Positions 1 to 9,889 of a stretch of DNA of 64,000 nucleotides are shown here, piece by piece (position 1 is the first letter of the stretch; each line of letters opens with the position of its first letter). Below the pieces are notes generated by a model that was not told the origin of the DNA, did not search any database, and saw only the letters and a list, made by a program, of their open reading frames with translations. The DNA is from an uncultured Gammaproteobacteria bacterium. Lineage in GTDB: Bacteria > Patescibacteriota > Patescibacteriia > Patescibacteriales > UBA12465. Made by a program: the position numbers and the translations under genes. Location: contig CAZAAD010000001.1 in assembly GCA_964483295.1 (NCBI GenBank), forward strand, positions 27,875 through 91,874. Reading direction: 5' to 3'.

Positions 1-1285
1 GACCAGAAACTTGAGCCAAGCCAGTAATTCCCGGCTTAATAGTTAGGGTCTTGCGATGATAATTCTCATATTTAGCTACCTCTTCAGGAAGATGTGGGCG
101 CGGACCGACTAAACTCATGCGCCCCACAAAAACTAGTATTAACTCCGGCAACTCATCAATTGAATAACGACGCAAGAACTTTCCTACTCTAGTAATGCGC
201 GGGTCGTCTTTAATCTTAACCATCGGGCCATCGGTTCTAATATTACGATCAGCCAGCTCCTTGTAGCGCATGCTATCGGAATTAGGAATCATGGTGCGAA
301 ATTTCAAATATTTAAAAGGTTTACCTCCCTCACCAACTCGATACAGAAAAGAACCATCATCGCGACGAGAAAAGAAAACTGGTCCGCGCGAATCAAGCTT
401 AATCATTAAGGCGGCAAGCAGCATAATTGGCGATAGAATAATCAGTAAAAGACCGGAAACAATAATATCAAAAAATCTCTTATAAACACGACCCCAGCCA
501 TCAAGCGTGGTGCGCTTTACTTCAATAATCGGCACGCCGATAACTTCTGCCACTTCAGTACGCAAAACCTTAACTTCTAATAAATCGGCAACGTAACGGA
601 AAGTAATATGGTTCTCATTAGAGAAATCATACAAACGCAACATTTCGGCCTTACTTAAATTAGGATCACCTTGGATTATTTCGTCAACATTTTTTTCTTT
701 AATAAATTCTAAAATTTCCTGAGCAGTTTCCAAAGAGAAATCCCGCAAACGCTTAACCACCTCGTAGCCAGCCTTTTTATTGCTAGAAAATTCTGCCATT
801 AAATTATCAGTAGTTTTAGAATTACCAACCAAAACTACCTTGCGAACACCAATCCCGTAAACAAAGAGTCGTCTCTGTAACCAACGAATGAAAAAGTGGG
901 CAATAGAAACGTAAATAATAGCAAAAAGAAAACCAGCCAAAACAATAAAGCGAGAATCAAATAAATCGCGTTGAAAAAAAATGATAATCGCCACCAAAGC
1001 GAAGCCAGAAGCACAAGCAATTAAAATACGGCGCAGCTCCTGAGCGAGTTTACGCGCAGAAGTAATCTGATATAATCCCGATAAAGCAAAAATAGCTATC
1101 CAAAGGACAGCAATAATTAAAAGCGAACGAAAATATTCAGGAAAAGGTAAATTAAAAATAATTGGGCGCCAACTGACTGTCCAATTTGAAAAACGAAGAT
1201 AGTAAGCAGAAATTCCGGCCAAGACAAGCATGGCAAAATCAACCGGAATAAACAATACCGAGAAAAATAGTTCTGGTTTTTTCAT
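1..1285 (-). CDS. Sugar transferase (polyprenyl glycosylphosphotransferase, WcaJ/CpsE-like), 3' end runs off the window
   Basis: Manual translation from ATG at 1285: MKKPELFFSVLF..., several TM helices, then KRFFDII, KFRTM, DDPRITRVGKFLRRYSIDELP, MSLVGPRP, KPGITGLAQVSG. Absent from the ORF track because it has no stop in the window. Confidence 0.93.
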   Translation of the reverse strand, partial: MKKPELFFSVLFIPVDFAMLVLAGISAYYLRFSNWTVSWRPIIFNLPFPEYFRSLLIIAVLWIAIFALSGLYQITSARKLAQELRRILIACASGFALVAIIIFFQRDLFDSRFIVLAGFLFAIIYVSIAHFFIRWLQRRLFVYGIGVRKVVLVGNSKTTDNLMAEFSSNKKAGYEVVKRLRDFSLETAQEILEFIKEKNVDEIIQGDPNLSKAEMLRLYDFSNENHITFRYVADLLEVKVLRTEVAEVIGVPIIEVKRTTLDGWGRVYKRFFDIIVSGLLLIILSPIMLLAALMIKLDSRGPVFFSRRDDGSFLYRVGEGGKPFKYLKFRTMIPNSDSMRYKELADRNIRTDGPMVKIKDDPRITRVGKFLRRYSIDELPELILVFVGRMSLVGPRPHLPEEVAKYENYHRKTLTIKPGITGLAQVSG

Positions 1286-1310
1286 ATATAGATTTTATTG
1301 AAAGTATTGC

Positions 1311-1681
1311 TATCAAGGCAGCTGTAAGCCGGATTCTGTTCTAGGCGATCATTTATCTAGGCTCATCATTACTGATAAGCTCAAGCGAGCTACTTTTTTT
1401 CAATAGCGAACTACTGAATTTACTCTTGCTTCTGATAGGGTTTACCATACAACCTTCGTTGCCGAAGGGCAGAACCGATAGCTTCAAAAGAAACACTCAG
1501 CTCCTTTTCACCTTTCTTTCGCAAACGCGAAATAGTATTGTCTCTGTGGCACTTTCCCTTGACTCCCCGACTTTACCGAAAGAGTCCGGTGGGCATTACC
1601 CACTATCATTTTTTGCGAAGTCCGGACTTTCCTCTCTCTTTAATATAAGCTAAAAAGAGTAACCGCCCGCTCACCCTGATA
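1311..1681 (-). ncRNA. rnpB: RNase P RNA (bacterial type A-like)
   Basis: Minus strand has GAGGAAAGTCCGGAC, AAAGTGCCACAGA, GGTGAAA, GGTAAACCC, TAGATAAATGAT and AACAGAATCCGGCTTA in the canonical order; termini TATCAGGGT / GCCTTGATA can pair as P1. Confidence 0.96.
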
Positions 1682-1727
1682 ACGGTTAAATACTACAATA
1701 AAAGCCAAAAAAAAGCAAGCCGGGGAG

Positions 1728-4700
1728 CTAAGACTCAACCCGGCTGCTAGTGACAATTTGGCGCACCTGAAGAGGAGTTAGACTACCCTCCCAAATACCT
1801 AAATCATCTAGTTCTACGCTATTTAATTCATTTCTGATAAGTAATTTATCGGGATGCTCATCATCTTTAAGCCAATAAAAAGGAAACGAGCTCTTCTCTT
1901 CTCCGTCAATATACATTTTCAACTGATAGCGATAAGAATCATAAGTTAAAGCAAAATGATGCCACTTTTCATCAAAGGGCAAGTCAACGTCTTGTCCGTT
2001 GCTAAAGATACCATAAGCGTTATTAAAATAGAAACTACGGCGATACTGATCCGGCGCTAAGGCTAACTTATTTCCTTCATTGTGCTGTAAAGAAATAAGG
2101 GACCGGCCTTCTTGCGGGTAAAATTTACTACGCCACCAAAAAGCCAAAGACATATCCCTACTAACTAGTGGCGCTTTTAAATTAACGGATAAATCTTTGC
2201 CCCATTTATTTAAAATTGCCGTGTTATCAACTCCCCGCCAAACCCAAGAATTTTCCGGCAAGATAAGCTTTAGCCCCGCAACCTCGTCAACCGCTTCCGT
2301 ACCGCCACCCTCATTAGCAAATTCGTGCCCCTCATTAAAATTCCAAAAATATTGTAATGTAGCCGGCTGTTGTGTTGCCAGACTTGCAACCGGAGAAAAA
2401 GGAGCAGCTAATTGCCAGTGCTCTAATAATTCTGTTGAAGATAGCGCCCGATTCCAAATGGCTAGTTCATCAACAAAAACAGAATTCATATCGCCATATA
2501 TTTCTAATTCATTAAAGTTACTAGGCAACGTATGAATAAAAGCTTGGTGATATTTTTCTACGCCATCAAAATAAGCCGCCCAATAACCCGCCTCTTTATC
2601 AACCACTAAAGAAAAATTATGCCACTGGTCATCAGGAAAAGCTGCTGGGCCAAAATAACGCCAAGCAGAATTAGGTAGACCTTCAACCTGAAACAAGCCT
2701 TGCTCCAACAATAGCCAAACTGTTTGACCGCTCGGATTTTTTAATTTTAAATTAAAACGCGTGCTACCTGGTAAGCCGCTAGCATCCCGATAATAAAAAC
2801 TTATCGTCGTTTTATTTAAATTTATATCTTGATTAAGACTTGGCTTGATTGAAGAATAATTGTGGCGCAATTCTAAACCACAACCAAATCTACCAACGGC
2901 GTAGTGCGCCTCTCCATAACATTCATCAAAATGCCATAAATCAGAAATTTCACCAGAATTGATTGGGACAGGACTAGAGAAGGCTACAAAATCTCCAGGA
3001 ACATCCTCAGTCTGATTATTGTCGTCATTGCTTTGACTATTATCCTGATTATCACCTTGATTATTGTTCTGATTATCATTAGATTGATTATTATTGTCAG
3101 CGTCTTCCCAAACAATACTTGGATCGTTAATCACTTGTAATTGAAAATCTAGACTATTATCATTTTTATTACTAACTCTATTAAGAAAGTAATTATCAAT
3201 AATAGAAGGCGCCGAGGCTGCTCCTTGAAAATATTTTGCCTCCCCAAAACCAACAGCATCAACAATATCCACATCTGCGCTAGAACTAATTGCTCCTTTT
3301 CCTAAATAAAAAGTATAACCATTGCCGGTCCAGCTGAAATCTTTACGAGTTATCACCGCGTCGGCCATATCAAGATAATATTGAGAGGCATCATCTCTAA
3401 CTAACAAATAAAAACTCTTGGCCTTAATAATTGTTCCTTTTGGATAATAACCATCAGCGACCTCGCCGATTCTTACCATTAGGCTCGGATCCTCTGCGGT
3501 CTTGGTTTTTTCTAAGCGAAATCCTTCTTCCGCCAAATCAAAGTCATAATCTAGCGGATTATACAATTCAATAAAATCATTATTATCCGTGGCGTATATT
3601 TTACTGATTAGCGCGGTCGTCGGCCTAGATGATGCCGAAGATGTTTCTTGGTTGATAGTCGTAGAATTATTAGACACGGAAGTCCCCGATGGTTTAACGC
3701 CAGCAGAAATTTTAGAAGATAAGCTGCTAGCTTGAGAATATTCAATAACGGGCGGAGCGACTGATAAACTATTAGTGGTGACCGAATTAGCAACCGGGTT
3801 AGCTATTTTAGTTATTGAAGTTTTTAAAGCCGCTGATACTTGGCTAGCAACCTGGGGCTTTATTTCAGTGCTAGACTGTACTGTTTTAATTGGGCTAGCG
3901 GCTATCTCAAAATTTTTACTATCCTCTACTTTAAGAGATGAAATATTAGAAACCGCCATCTTAAAAGGCTCCTTATTTTTATTGCTTATAGTAGACGACT
4001 TTATATCAGATGCCTTCTCATCTTTTTTAACATCTTTCTCACCCCCACCAGAAACAGTCATTACAATAGCTTGATTATTTTCCGTTTCATTAGTTGTCCC
4101 AGGGGGCTGGCTAATTTTATCAGCCTGATTTAAATCGTTAGAAAAAACTAACTCTTCAGTATCTTTCTTGCCAAATAAAGAACTAGAAATATTGCTAGCG
4201 ATATTTTTTACCTTGCTTACTACAGTTTTAATAGTTGAAGCAGGGTTATTAATCAGGCTCCATTGCAATAAAATTTTTAAAATCGGGGTCTTGCCGCGCA
4301 CTTCCTTAGAATCAAAGCTAGAAGATAATTGAATATCTATTACTTCCTCTCTTAAAGAGGGCTGTATCATCTGAGTATAAGGCAAGAAAAAATAACGCTC
4401 ACCGCGATATTCTCTTCCAGCGTTATAACCAATCACTTCTGGCAAAGGCAAAACTAAATCTTCTCGGCGGCCAATCTTAGAAAATTCTTTATTTCTAGAC
4501 ACGCAATCACCTTCATCATTAACTATTTCTCGATTATCAAAACCATCCGGCGTAATATCTACCTTATACTGCTCCGGATCATAGACCAAAGCCGTAATAT
4601 CTCCTGGATTAGGTATCCCGGCACTTTCATATATTTTTTCTGTTAAACCAACGCAAGTCCAATCGCCATCACCCGGACCTTTTTGTTTCTGAAAATCTAA

Positions 4701-5129
4701 ATCATAACCCAAATTAGCGCCAACCAAATTCTTAGCAATAGTAACCGCCTTTAATCTATCAAGTGCACTGGCTTGCTTCGGCAATCTGACGGCTACTAAT
4801 TCTTCGCCCAGCGCCTCATTTACAAAATATTTAGCCGGCGTTTTTACAATTCCTCCCGCCAAGGCCTCTACAATATAATCCTCACCATTCTCACTACCAA
4901 TATAAATACCAACGTGTCCAGGATTAATGCCAAGCAAAATATCATTTTCAATTTCTAATAACGGATCTTTGCTATAACCAAACATTTTCCCATCATCAGT
5001 TGTTCGGTAAACTAGCGTTCCTGGTGTTAACGCCTTAACGTTATTTAGAGGAAAAATCAGCAAACAGGCAATAATAATAACTAAAAAGCTATAATATATT
5101 AGATAGTATTTAATTTTAAATTTTTTCAT
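1728..5129 (-). CDS. Large secreted multidomain protein: permuted papain-like (YaeF/YiiX-type NlpC/P60) domain, S/T-rich linker, lamin-tail domain, N/D/Q-rich spacer, two LamG-like domains
   Basis: N-terminal signal/TM; GHVGIY...IVEA...YDL...WTCVGL (His before Cys); LISKIY...DFIELYNP (lamin tail); WHNFSLV/DELAIWNRALS and WHHFALTYD/DDLGIWEGSLT (LamG). Confidence 0.75.
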   Translation of the reverse strand: MKKFKIKYYLIYYSFLVIIIACLLIFPLNNVKALTPGTLVYRTTDDGKMFGYSKDPLLEIENDILLGINPGHVGIYIGSENGEDYIVEALAGGIVKTPAKYFVNEALGEELVAVRLPKQASALDRLKAVTIAKNLVGANLGYDLDFQKQKGPGDGDWTCVGLTEKIYESAGIPNPGDITALVYDPEQYKVDITPDGFDNREIVNDEGDCVSRNKEFSKIGRREDLVLPLPEVIGYNAGREYRGERYFFLPYTQMIQPSLREEVIDIQLSSSFDSKEVRGKTPILKILLQWSLINNPASTIKTVVSKVKNIASNISSSLFGKKDTEELVFSNDLNQADKISQPPGTTNETENNQAIVMTVSGGGEKDVKKDEKASDIKSSTISNKNKEPFKMAVSNISSLKVEDSKNFEIAASPIKTVQSSTEIKPQVASQVSAALKTSITKIANPVANSVTTNSLSVAPPVIEYSQASSLSSKISAGVKPSGTSVSNNSTTINQETSSASSRPTTALISKIYATDNNDFIELYNPLDYDFDLAEEGFRLEKTKTAEDPSLMVRIGEVADGYYPKGTIIKAKSFYLLVRDDASQYYLDMADAVITRKDFSWTGNGYTFYLGKGAISSSADVDIVDAVGFGEAKYFQGAASAPSIIDNYFLNRVSNKNDNSLDFQLQVINDPSIVWEDADNNNQSNDNQNNNQGDNQDNSQSNDDNNQTEDVPGDFVAFSSPVPINSGEISDLWHFDECYGEAHYAVGRFGCGLELRHNYSSIKPSLNQDINLNKTTISFYYRDASGLPGSTRFNLKLKNPSGQTVWLLLEQGLFQVEGLPNSAWRYFGPAAFPDDQWHNFSLVVDKEAGYWAAYFDGVEKYHQAFIHTLPSNFNELEIYGDMNSVFVDELAIWNRALSSTELLEHWQLAAPFSPVASLATQQPATLQYFWNFNEGHEFANEGGGTEAVDEVAGLKLILPENSWVWRGVDNTAILNKWGKDLSVNLKAPLVSRDMSLAFWWRSKFYPQEGRSLISLQHNEGNKLALAPDQYRRSFYFNNAYGIFSNGQDVDLPFDEKWHHFALTYDSYRYQLKMYIDGEEKSSFPFYWLKDDEHPDKLLIRNELNSVELDDLGIWEGSLTPLQVRQIVTSSRVES
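3010..3100 (-). repeat. Low-complexity Asn/Asp/Gln repeat (DNNNQSNDNQNNNQGDNQDNSQSNDDNNQ) inside the 1133-aa protein
   Basis: Repeated gattatt/gattatc units; seen in the translation. Confidence 0.8.
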
Positions 5130-5154
5130 ATTGGAAAAATTAATAAACTAGCAG

Positions 5155-6060
5155 TTAATTAAAATATTTTTGCCAATCCATTTCTTCGACTACCGGATAC
5201 ACGTAACCAGGACGATTCCAATCAACCATTAAATTCGTAATTAAAAACTTAATCACCGGCTCAGTTGTCTCTAAATATATTTTATCGGCCTGAGAAACCA
5301 CAGCCTCGGGAAAAAATTGATAATAACGAGACAATAAAAAGATTAAAGATGGCTTTAAAACATCTTCTGTCTCTGACGACATAATCAGATTAGCCAAACG
5401 ATTAACTTGTTCAATTTGTAGAAAATCACTACTTAACGGCAAAATATTTAGAGCTCTAATTGCTTCTTCTTTAAACATCCGACTATAACGTCCTTCAAGC
5501 ACAATAAAGTAATAATTTACTAAATCCGGCTCAACAATATGCGACAATATTAGACGGATAATTAAAGCTTTAACATCTTCCCGACCCTCTGGTTCAGCTA
5601 AATAATCTATTAAAAAACTAGGCGGTTCCTTGGTGCCATAGGCTAAATTTATAATCGCCAAAAGTTCTTGATAAAAATCAATTTCCACTTCATAATGATT
5701 GGTATTTTTAATTTGAAAATAACTAGCTACATCTAACATTAAAGCCCGATCATCTAAAAGGCGGTAAGCAATTTTTTCTCTTCTTAATAATCTTTCTTGC
5801 CGACAAGCCTCATGACAAGGACCGGGAGTAGCTGTAGATTTTTTTAAAGCTAAAAGTTCAACACGTGCACTACCGACAGAAAATGTTGGCAACAAAATAA
5901 CTAACATACTCAATAATAAAATTGACCCAACAATATATAAACGGCGATAAGCGGCACGCCGCCCTTCGCTACGCAGAGCTAAAAGACTTCGTTTGAAATG
6001 AAATCTGCCCCACAGGCGGGAGGCAGCGGCCGCTATTTTTTTTATCGCCTTCATACACAT
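5155..6060 (-). CDS. Hypothetical membrane-anchored helical protein (CHEAC motif)
   Basis: 301-aa ORF with one TM segment, 25 nt upstream of the 1133-aa gene; start codon uncertain. Confidence 0.6.
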   Translation of the reverse strand: MCMKAIKKIAAAASRLWGRFHFKRSLLALRSEGRRAAYRRLYIVGSILLLSMLVILLPTFSVGSARVELLALKKSTATPGPCHEACRQERLLRREKIAYRLLDDRALMLDVASYFQIKNTNHYEVEIDFYQELLAIINLAYGTKEPPSFLIDYLAEPEGREDVKALIIRLILSHIVEPDLVNYYFIVLEGRYSRMFKEEAIRALNILPLSSDFLQIEQVNRLANLIMSSETEDVLKPSLIFLLSRYYQFFPEAVVSQADKIYLETTEPVIKFLITNLMVDWNRPGYVYPVVEEMDWQKYFN

Positions 6061-6159
6061 AAAAATTATTTATTTAGTATTATGCCAAAGCAATCTCCGG
6101 CCTTAGCAATATAACAAATAGCCGCTGACCAATATCTAACCAACTTATCAAGAAAAAAT

Positions 6160-6190
6160 AAAAAACCCGCCTACCAAAAAGATAAGCGGG
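6160..6190 (-). terminator. Intrinsic terminator of the 117-aa gene
   Basis: cccgc...gcggg stem with a U-tract on the minus strand. Confidence 0.7.
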
Positions 6191-6232
6191 CAATAACTAA
6201 ACCCTCTGTCGCGAGTCTGCCTGTTAAATTAT

Positions 6233-6586
6233 TTAGAGAACAACTAAGTTTCTCCGAAAATTTTCAGGTAAACGATCCGCATCAAAGAATTTTATTTCTT
6301 TTGATTCTTCAAATAAGAACCAAGGAACTTCACCGTGAATACCATCCAAGACTTTACCAACCCCCACACACAGCGAGAGATTATCTTTCTCGTCCATTAC
6401 AAAGGCGCCGGGGGCGAATCTGTATCTTTTCTGATCATAGTCAAGATTTATTTCCTGCTTAGAATTATAAGAACGAACATAAATCTTGCTACCGGAACTA
6501 TGGGGCATCACCAATTTTTCTAACCTCTTAGCCAACGACCTCTTGCGCTCAGCTAATTCAACCTTTTTTTCTACTGCTTCTTCCAT
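6233..6586 (-). CDS. Hypothetical protein (orphan)
   Basis: 117-aa ORF with its own promoter and terminator. Confidence 0.7.
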   Translation of the reverse strand: MEEAVEKKVELAERKRSLAKRLEKLVMPHSSGSKIYVRSYNSKQEINLDYDQKRYRFAPGAFVMDEKDNLSLCVGVGKVLDGIHGEVPWFLFEESKEIKFFDADRLPENFRRNLVVL

Positions 6587-6629
6587 GTTACTATTGTTTT
6601 TTGATGAAATTTAAAAAGAACGTTGCTAT

Positions 6630-6658
6630 ATGATAGCAAAAAACAATATTAATGTCAA
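6630..6658 (-). promoter_or_regulatory. Sigma70 promoter TTGACA-N17-TATCAT (extended -10 TG)
   Basis: Read directly upstream of 6586. Confidence 0.75.
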
Positions 6659-6669
6659 TAAGACGAAAA

Positions 6670-7401
6670 CTATTTCTTGCGTAAATATGCCTGACGCTGA
6701 GTTTCCGGAAGATGCTCAATTGCATAACGCAGGGCAGTTCGTGGTATCTTAGCTAAATTTTTATCTAAAAAAGCTAATAAATGTTCTCGGCCCGCCCTTT
6801 TGCCCATTTCTCTTAACATCCAACCAACCGCTTTATGAATTAAGTCATGTTTATCATTCAACAATTTCTTCGCAATCATAATCGCCTCTTGATGGCGACC
6901 TTGATAAATAGAATAAAAAGTAGATACCATCGCCACGCGCCTCTGCCACAGGTTATTTGAATCAGCTAAATTATTAATAGTCTGGCAAACCTCAGTTGAT
7001 AAGCGTTTAGGTAACTGATGAAAAAAATAATGACCTAAAATTTTAGGTGTACTTAAATCTACCAAATCCCAGTTATTCACGGCGCTTAAATTTTTCAAAT
7101 AAAATTTAGCGATTTCTTCTTGACGAACATCATCGGCTTTTTCATATTGAAAAACTAAAATCAAGAGCCCAACTAAGCGATGCTCATGAATGGGGCTGGC
7201 TAACAACTTCTCAATATCAGCTAAACTAGCATCTTTATATTTTTTAGCAATCTGTCTTTGCACTGGGACTTTAATTCCTAAAAAAATATCGCCTTCGCCA
7301 TATTGCCCTGGACCGGTCTTAAAAAAACGGCTCAGGTTTTGACCCTGCTCCTTGTTAGCTAAACTTTTCATCTCGGACACAATTTGAGAATAAATTTTCA
7401 T
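6670..7401 (-). CDS. alkD: DNA alkylation repair protein (AlkD-like)
   Basis: FFKTGPGQYGEGDIFLG, NNWDLVD, IHKAVGWMLRE, RTALRYAIE. Confidence 0.9.
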   Translation of the reverse strand: MKIYSQIVSEMKSLANKEQGQNLSRFFKTGPGQYGEGDIFLGIKVPVQRQIAKKYKDASLADIEKLLASPIHEHRLVGLLILVFQYEKADDVRQEEIAKFYLKNLSAVNNWDLVDLSTPKILGHYFFHQLPKRLSTEVCQTINNLADSNNLWQRRVAMVSTFYSIYQGRHQEAIMIAKKLLNDKHDLIHKAVGWMLREMGKRAGREHLLAFLDKNLAKIPRTALRYAIEHLPETQRQAYLRKK

Positions 7402-7414
7402 ATCAACTAAAATA

Positions 7415-7876
7415 TTAATAATGATAATCTTTGCCTTGAATAATACTGCTGGCCCGATAAAGTTGCTCTAATAAAATAACGCGCGCTAATTCATGGGGAA
7501 AAGTTAAACGTGATAATGATAAACCTTTAAATTGCTTACTAATGGCTTTATCAAAGCCTAAGGTCCCGCCAATAACTAGAACTATCGGGCGAGAAGGTTT
7601 TTCTAGCCAAGTGGCTAATTGAGGCGAATTCATTTCCTCCCCCGCCTCAGCTAATAACCGAATTTCTGCTGTCTGATAACTACGTAAAAATTCTAATAAA
7701 CGCCGGCCTTCTATTTTTTTAACCTCATCTTTATTCTTCAAAGAAAATGATTCAGCTTTTAATTCTTCAATTTTAACACGGGCATAAGGACGCAAGCGCT
7801 TCAAATATTCCTGGGCAGCCGTCTGCCAGGTCTTCTCTTTTATCTTGCCAAAAGCGATAATAGTAATATCTAACAT
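7415..7876 (-). CDS. rlmH: 23S rRNA pseudouridine-1915 N3-methyltransferase
   Basis: IIAFGKIKE, EYLKRL, VIGG, LSRLTFPHELARVILLEQLYRA...YH; start trimmed to MLDITI. Confidence 0.93.
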   Translation of the reverse strand: MLDITIIAFGKIKEKTWQTAAQEYLKRLRPYARVKIEELKAESFSLKNKDEVKKIEGRRLLEFLRSYQTAEIRLLAEAGEEMNSPQLATWLEKPSRPIVLVIGGTLGFDKAISKQFKGLSLSRLTFPHELARVILLEQLYRASSIIQGKDYHY

Positions 7877-7877
7877 T

Positions 7878-9218
7878 TTATTGCTGATAAAAATAACGCA
7901 AATTCTGATTAAAAGTTTCCACCTTACGGTTATAAGCACGAATTTCTTCGTTATTACTTAAAGTATCGCGACTAGTAATTATATCCTGATAGAGCGTAGC
8001 TAGCTCGGTCGCCTGCTCTCTCACCAAAAAAGCACGCTGATAAATTTTGCCCGTTGTTTTATTTAAAATTTCAATGGAACCTAATTTACTCTCCACAAAT
8101 AACTGATCAAAAGCATAATCACCTGACTGGGCTTGACCATTAATGCTATTAGGAATAACGCCGACCGGAAAATAGTTAGTTGTCTCAACATAGCAATAGC
8201 CGGAACCAGACAAAGAATATTCTACTGGGCAAGAAATACCAACTGCACTATGATTAATATCGGGAAAATCTAAAATAGCGGCGCCATAACCTAATTGGCG
8301 CAAAATTTTATAAGCCAAGAAAGTCTTATCAGAACAAACTCCCTGATTTAAGTAAAGTGTTTCGTAAGGATAAAATGGTTCTCGATCTTCAGCGTCAGCC
8401 TTAGCCTGGTCATAAGGAATATATTGTACAACAGCTAAAACGGCCTCCGCCACTTCATCAGCTGACCAACCATTAATTACGGCGAGATTATTTAAATTAG
8501 CGATTAAATCCTTAACAGCGGTATCGCCAGACTTAGCGGCCGTCAAAAACATGTTATAAAATGCTTCGCGCAAATTAGGAGGCGGGCTATCAACTAAATA
8601 AGTATAAACTTTATCTGCCGAACTATAGTTCTTATAAACGTTTGCTGCTAAAGACAAGGAGGTCGTAAAAGCAATGTTTTTGTATTTAAAAGGATACGTA
8701 CGCTGTTCAGCGCTAATTACTGGAACAACATTAACCGAAGGAGCAACACTAGTACTAATAGCTGAGGGACTACCAATGGTTATCTTTGCTAAATCAGTAT
8801 TAGTTATACCTAAGCCAAAACTTCTAATAACATTAAACGCGTCTGTCGGGCGACCAAGATAATGCAATCTAAGAGTAAGCGAGTCAACATAATACGCCTG
8901 CCCCTTATCTTGCACTTTTAACAAAATCCGTCCTGATAATCTTAGTGGTGCCCGAGAATTTAAAAAAGAATTTAAATCATTATTAGAGACACCTAGACCA
9001 AAAGAGCGCATAATCTGAAAAGCATCATCAGGGCGACCTAAATAATAACGCCGGCTATCAAGTGGATTAACATACCAGGCTTGCCCCTTATCTTGCACTT
9101 GCAATAAAATGCGGCCATCTAAAGTAGCGGCCGAAGCAGGCGCGACCAACAAAAAGAAGGTGAAGCTAAAAATAAAGCTAACCGTCAGCAAATATATCGC
9201 TAATCTATTTTTTTTCAT
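7878..9218 (-). CDS. Secreted protein with tandem ~61-aa N-terminal repeats and a C-terminal transglutaminase-like Cys domain
   Basis: Signal peptide; two copies of GRILLxVQDKGQAxYV...LGRPxDAF..RSFGLG; VQYIPYD, PYETL, GVCSDK, HSAVGI, YVETT; start trimmed to MKKNRL. Confidence 0.75.
   Translation of the reverse strand: MKKNRLAIYLLTVSFIFSFTFFLLVAPASAATLDGRILLQVQDKGQAWYVNPLDSRRYYLGRPDDAFQIMRSFGLGVSNNDLNSFLNSRAPLRLSGRILLKVQDKGQAYYVDSLTLRLHYLGRPTDAFNVIRSFGLGITNTDLAKITIGSPSAISTSVAPSVNVVPVISAEQRTYPFKYKNIAFTTSLSLAANVYKNYSSADKVYTYLVDSPPPNLREAFYNMFLTAAKSGDTAVKDLIANLNNLAVINGWSADEVAEAVLAVVQYIPYDQAKADAEDREPFYPYETLYLNQGVCSDKTFLAYKILRQLGYGAAILDFPDINHSAVGISCPVEYSLSGSGYCYVETTNYFPVGVIPNSINGQAQSGDYAFDQLFVESKLGSIEILNKTTGKIYQRAFLVREQATELATLYQDIITSRDTLSNNEEIRAYNRKVETFNQNLRYFYQQ
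8780..9123 (-). repeat. Internal tandem duplication of a 61-codon module
   Basis: Identical 19-mer tgccccttatcttgcactt at 8899 and 9082, 183 nt apart. Confidence 0.85.
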
Positions 9219-9888
9219 AATCAAATAGCGTGATAAAAACATCTTTATTAGGCGGCTCCGGCAAATGGCTAACACTATTAATGTAGACAATCTTAATATA
9301 ACCCTGATTATCAATAATAATCTTACTAATAGATGACTGGAATATTTCTAAAGATAAAAAACCAATAATATCAGCATTTAAAATGCCAGTTAATAGTGCT
9401 TTAATAAAATTACCATGTCCAAAAATCGCCACCTTCTTACCTTTGCACTGACGAAAAATTTCCGCTGTCGCCCGTCTCGCCAAAACCTGCATTTTATCTA
9501 ATTCCTTATCTAACACTCGATGACTAACCAGGCGCTTCTCTCTTTCCTTTTCCGTCATGTTAAAATATTTCATCTTATACCAATGAATCCAATTAAACTC
9601 ATTAAGCCGGGGATTAATAATAATTTCTTTTTTTACTTTCTTGGCAAAAATAGCGGCCGTCTCTTGTGCGCGCCGCAGCTCACTAGCATAAATAATATTA
9701 ACCTTAGCCTTCAATAAGCGCTTAGTTAAATAATCGCGCTGTTTCAAACCTTGATTAGATAAAGGCATATCCCTGTCGCCAAACTTTTTTTCTAACCGGT
9801 AATTAGGATGACAATGGCGTATTAACAGTACTTCAGTATACGGCCCCTTAGTTTTGGGCTGTATTTTGGCGTAAGGATTTTTATACAT
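9205..9888 (-). CDS. Histidine phosphatase family protein
   Basis: LLIRH, PLSxxG, SELRRAQETA, LNE, GHG. Confidence 0.88.
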   Translation of the reverse strand: MYKNPYAKIQPKTKGPYTEVLLIRHCHPNYRLEKKFGDRDMPLSNQGLKQRDYLTKRLLKAKVNIIYASELRRAQETAAIFAKKVKKEIIINPRLNEFNWIHWYKMKYFNMTEKEREKRLVSHRVLDKELDKMQVLARRATAEIFRQCKGKKVAIFGHGNFIKALLTGILNADIIGFLSLEIFQSSISKIIIDNQGYIKIVYINSVSHLPEPPNKDVFITLFDYEKK

Positions 9889-9889
9889 A

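Noticed and set aside
270-1020. ORFs 270..485 (+) and 835..1020 (-)
   Set aside because: Antisense or off-frame shadows inside the sugar transferase CDS.
1426-1653. 75-aa plus-strand ORF
   Set aside because: Antisense to the RNase P RNA gene; not protein-like.
3010-3100. Short repeats considered as a CRISPR array or VNTR
   Set aside because: In-frame low-complexity coding sequence with no constant repeat-spacer period.
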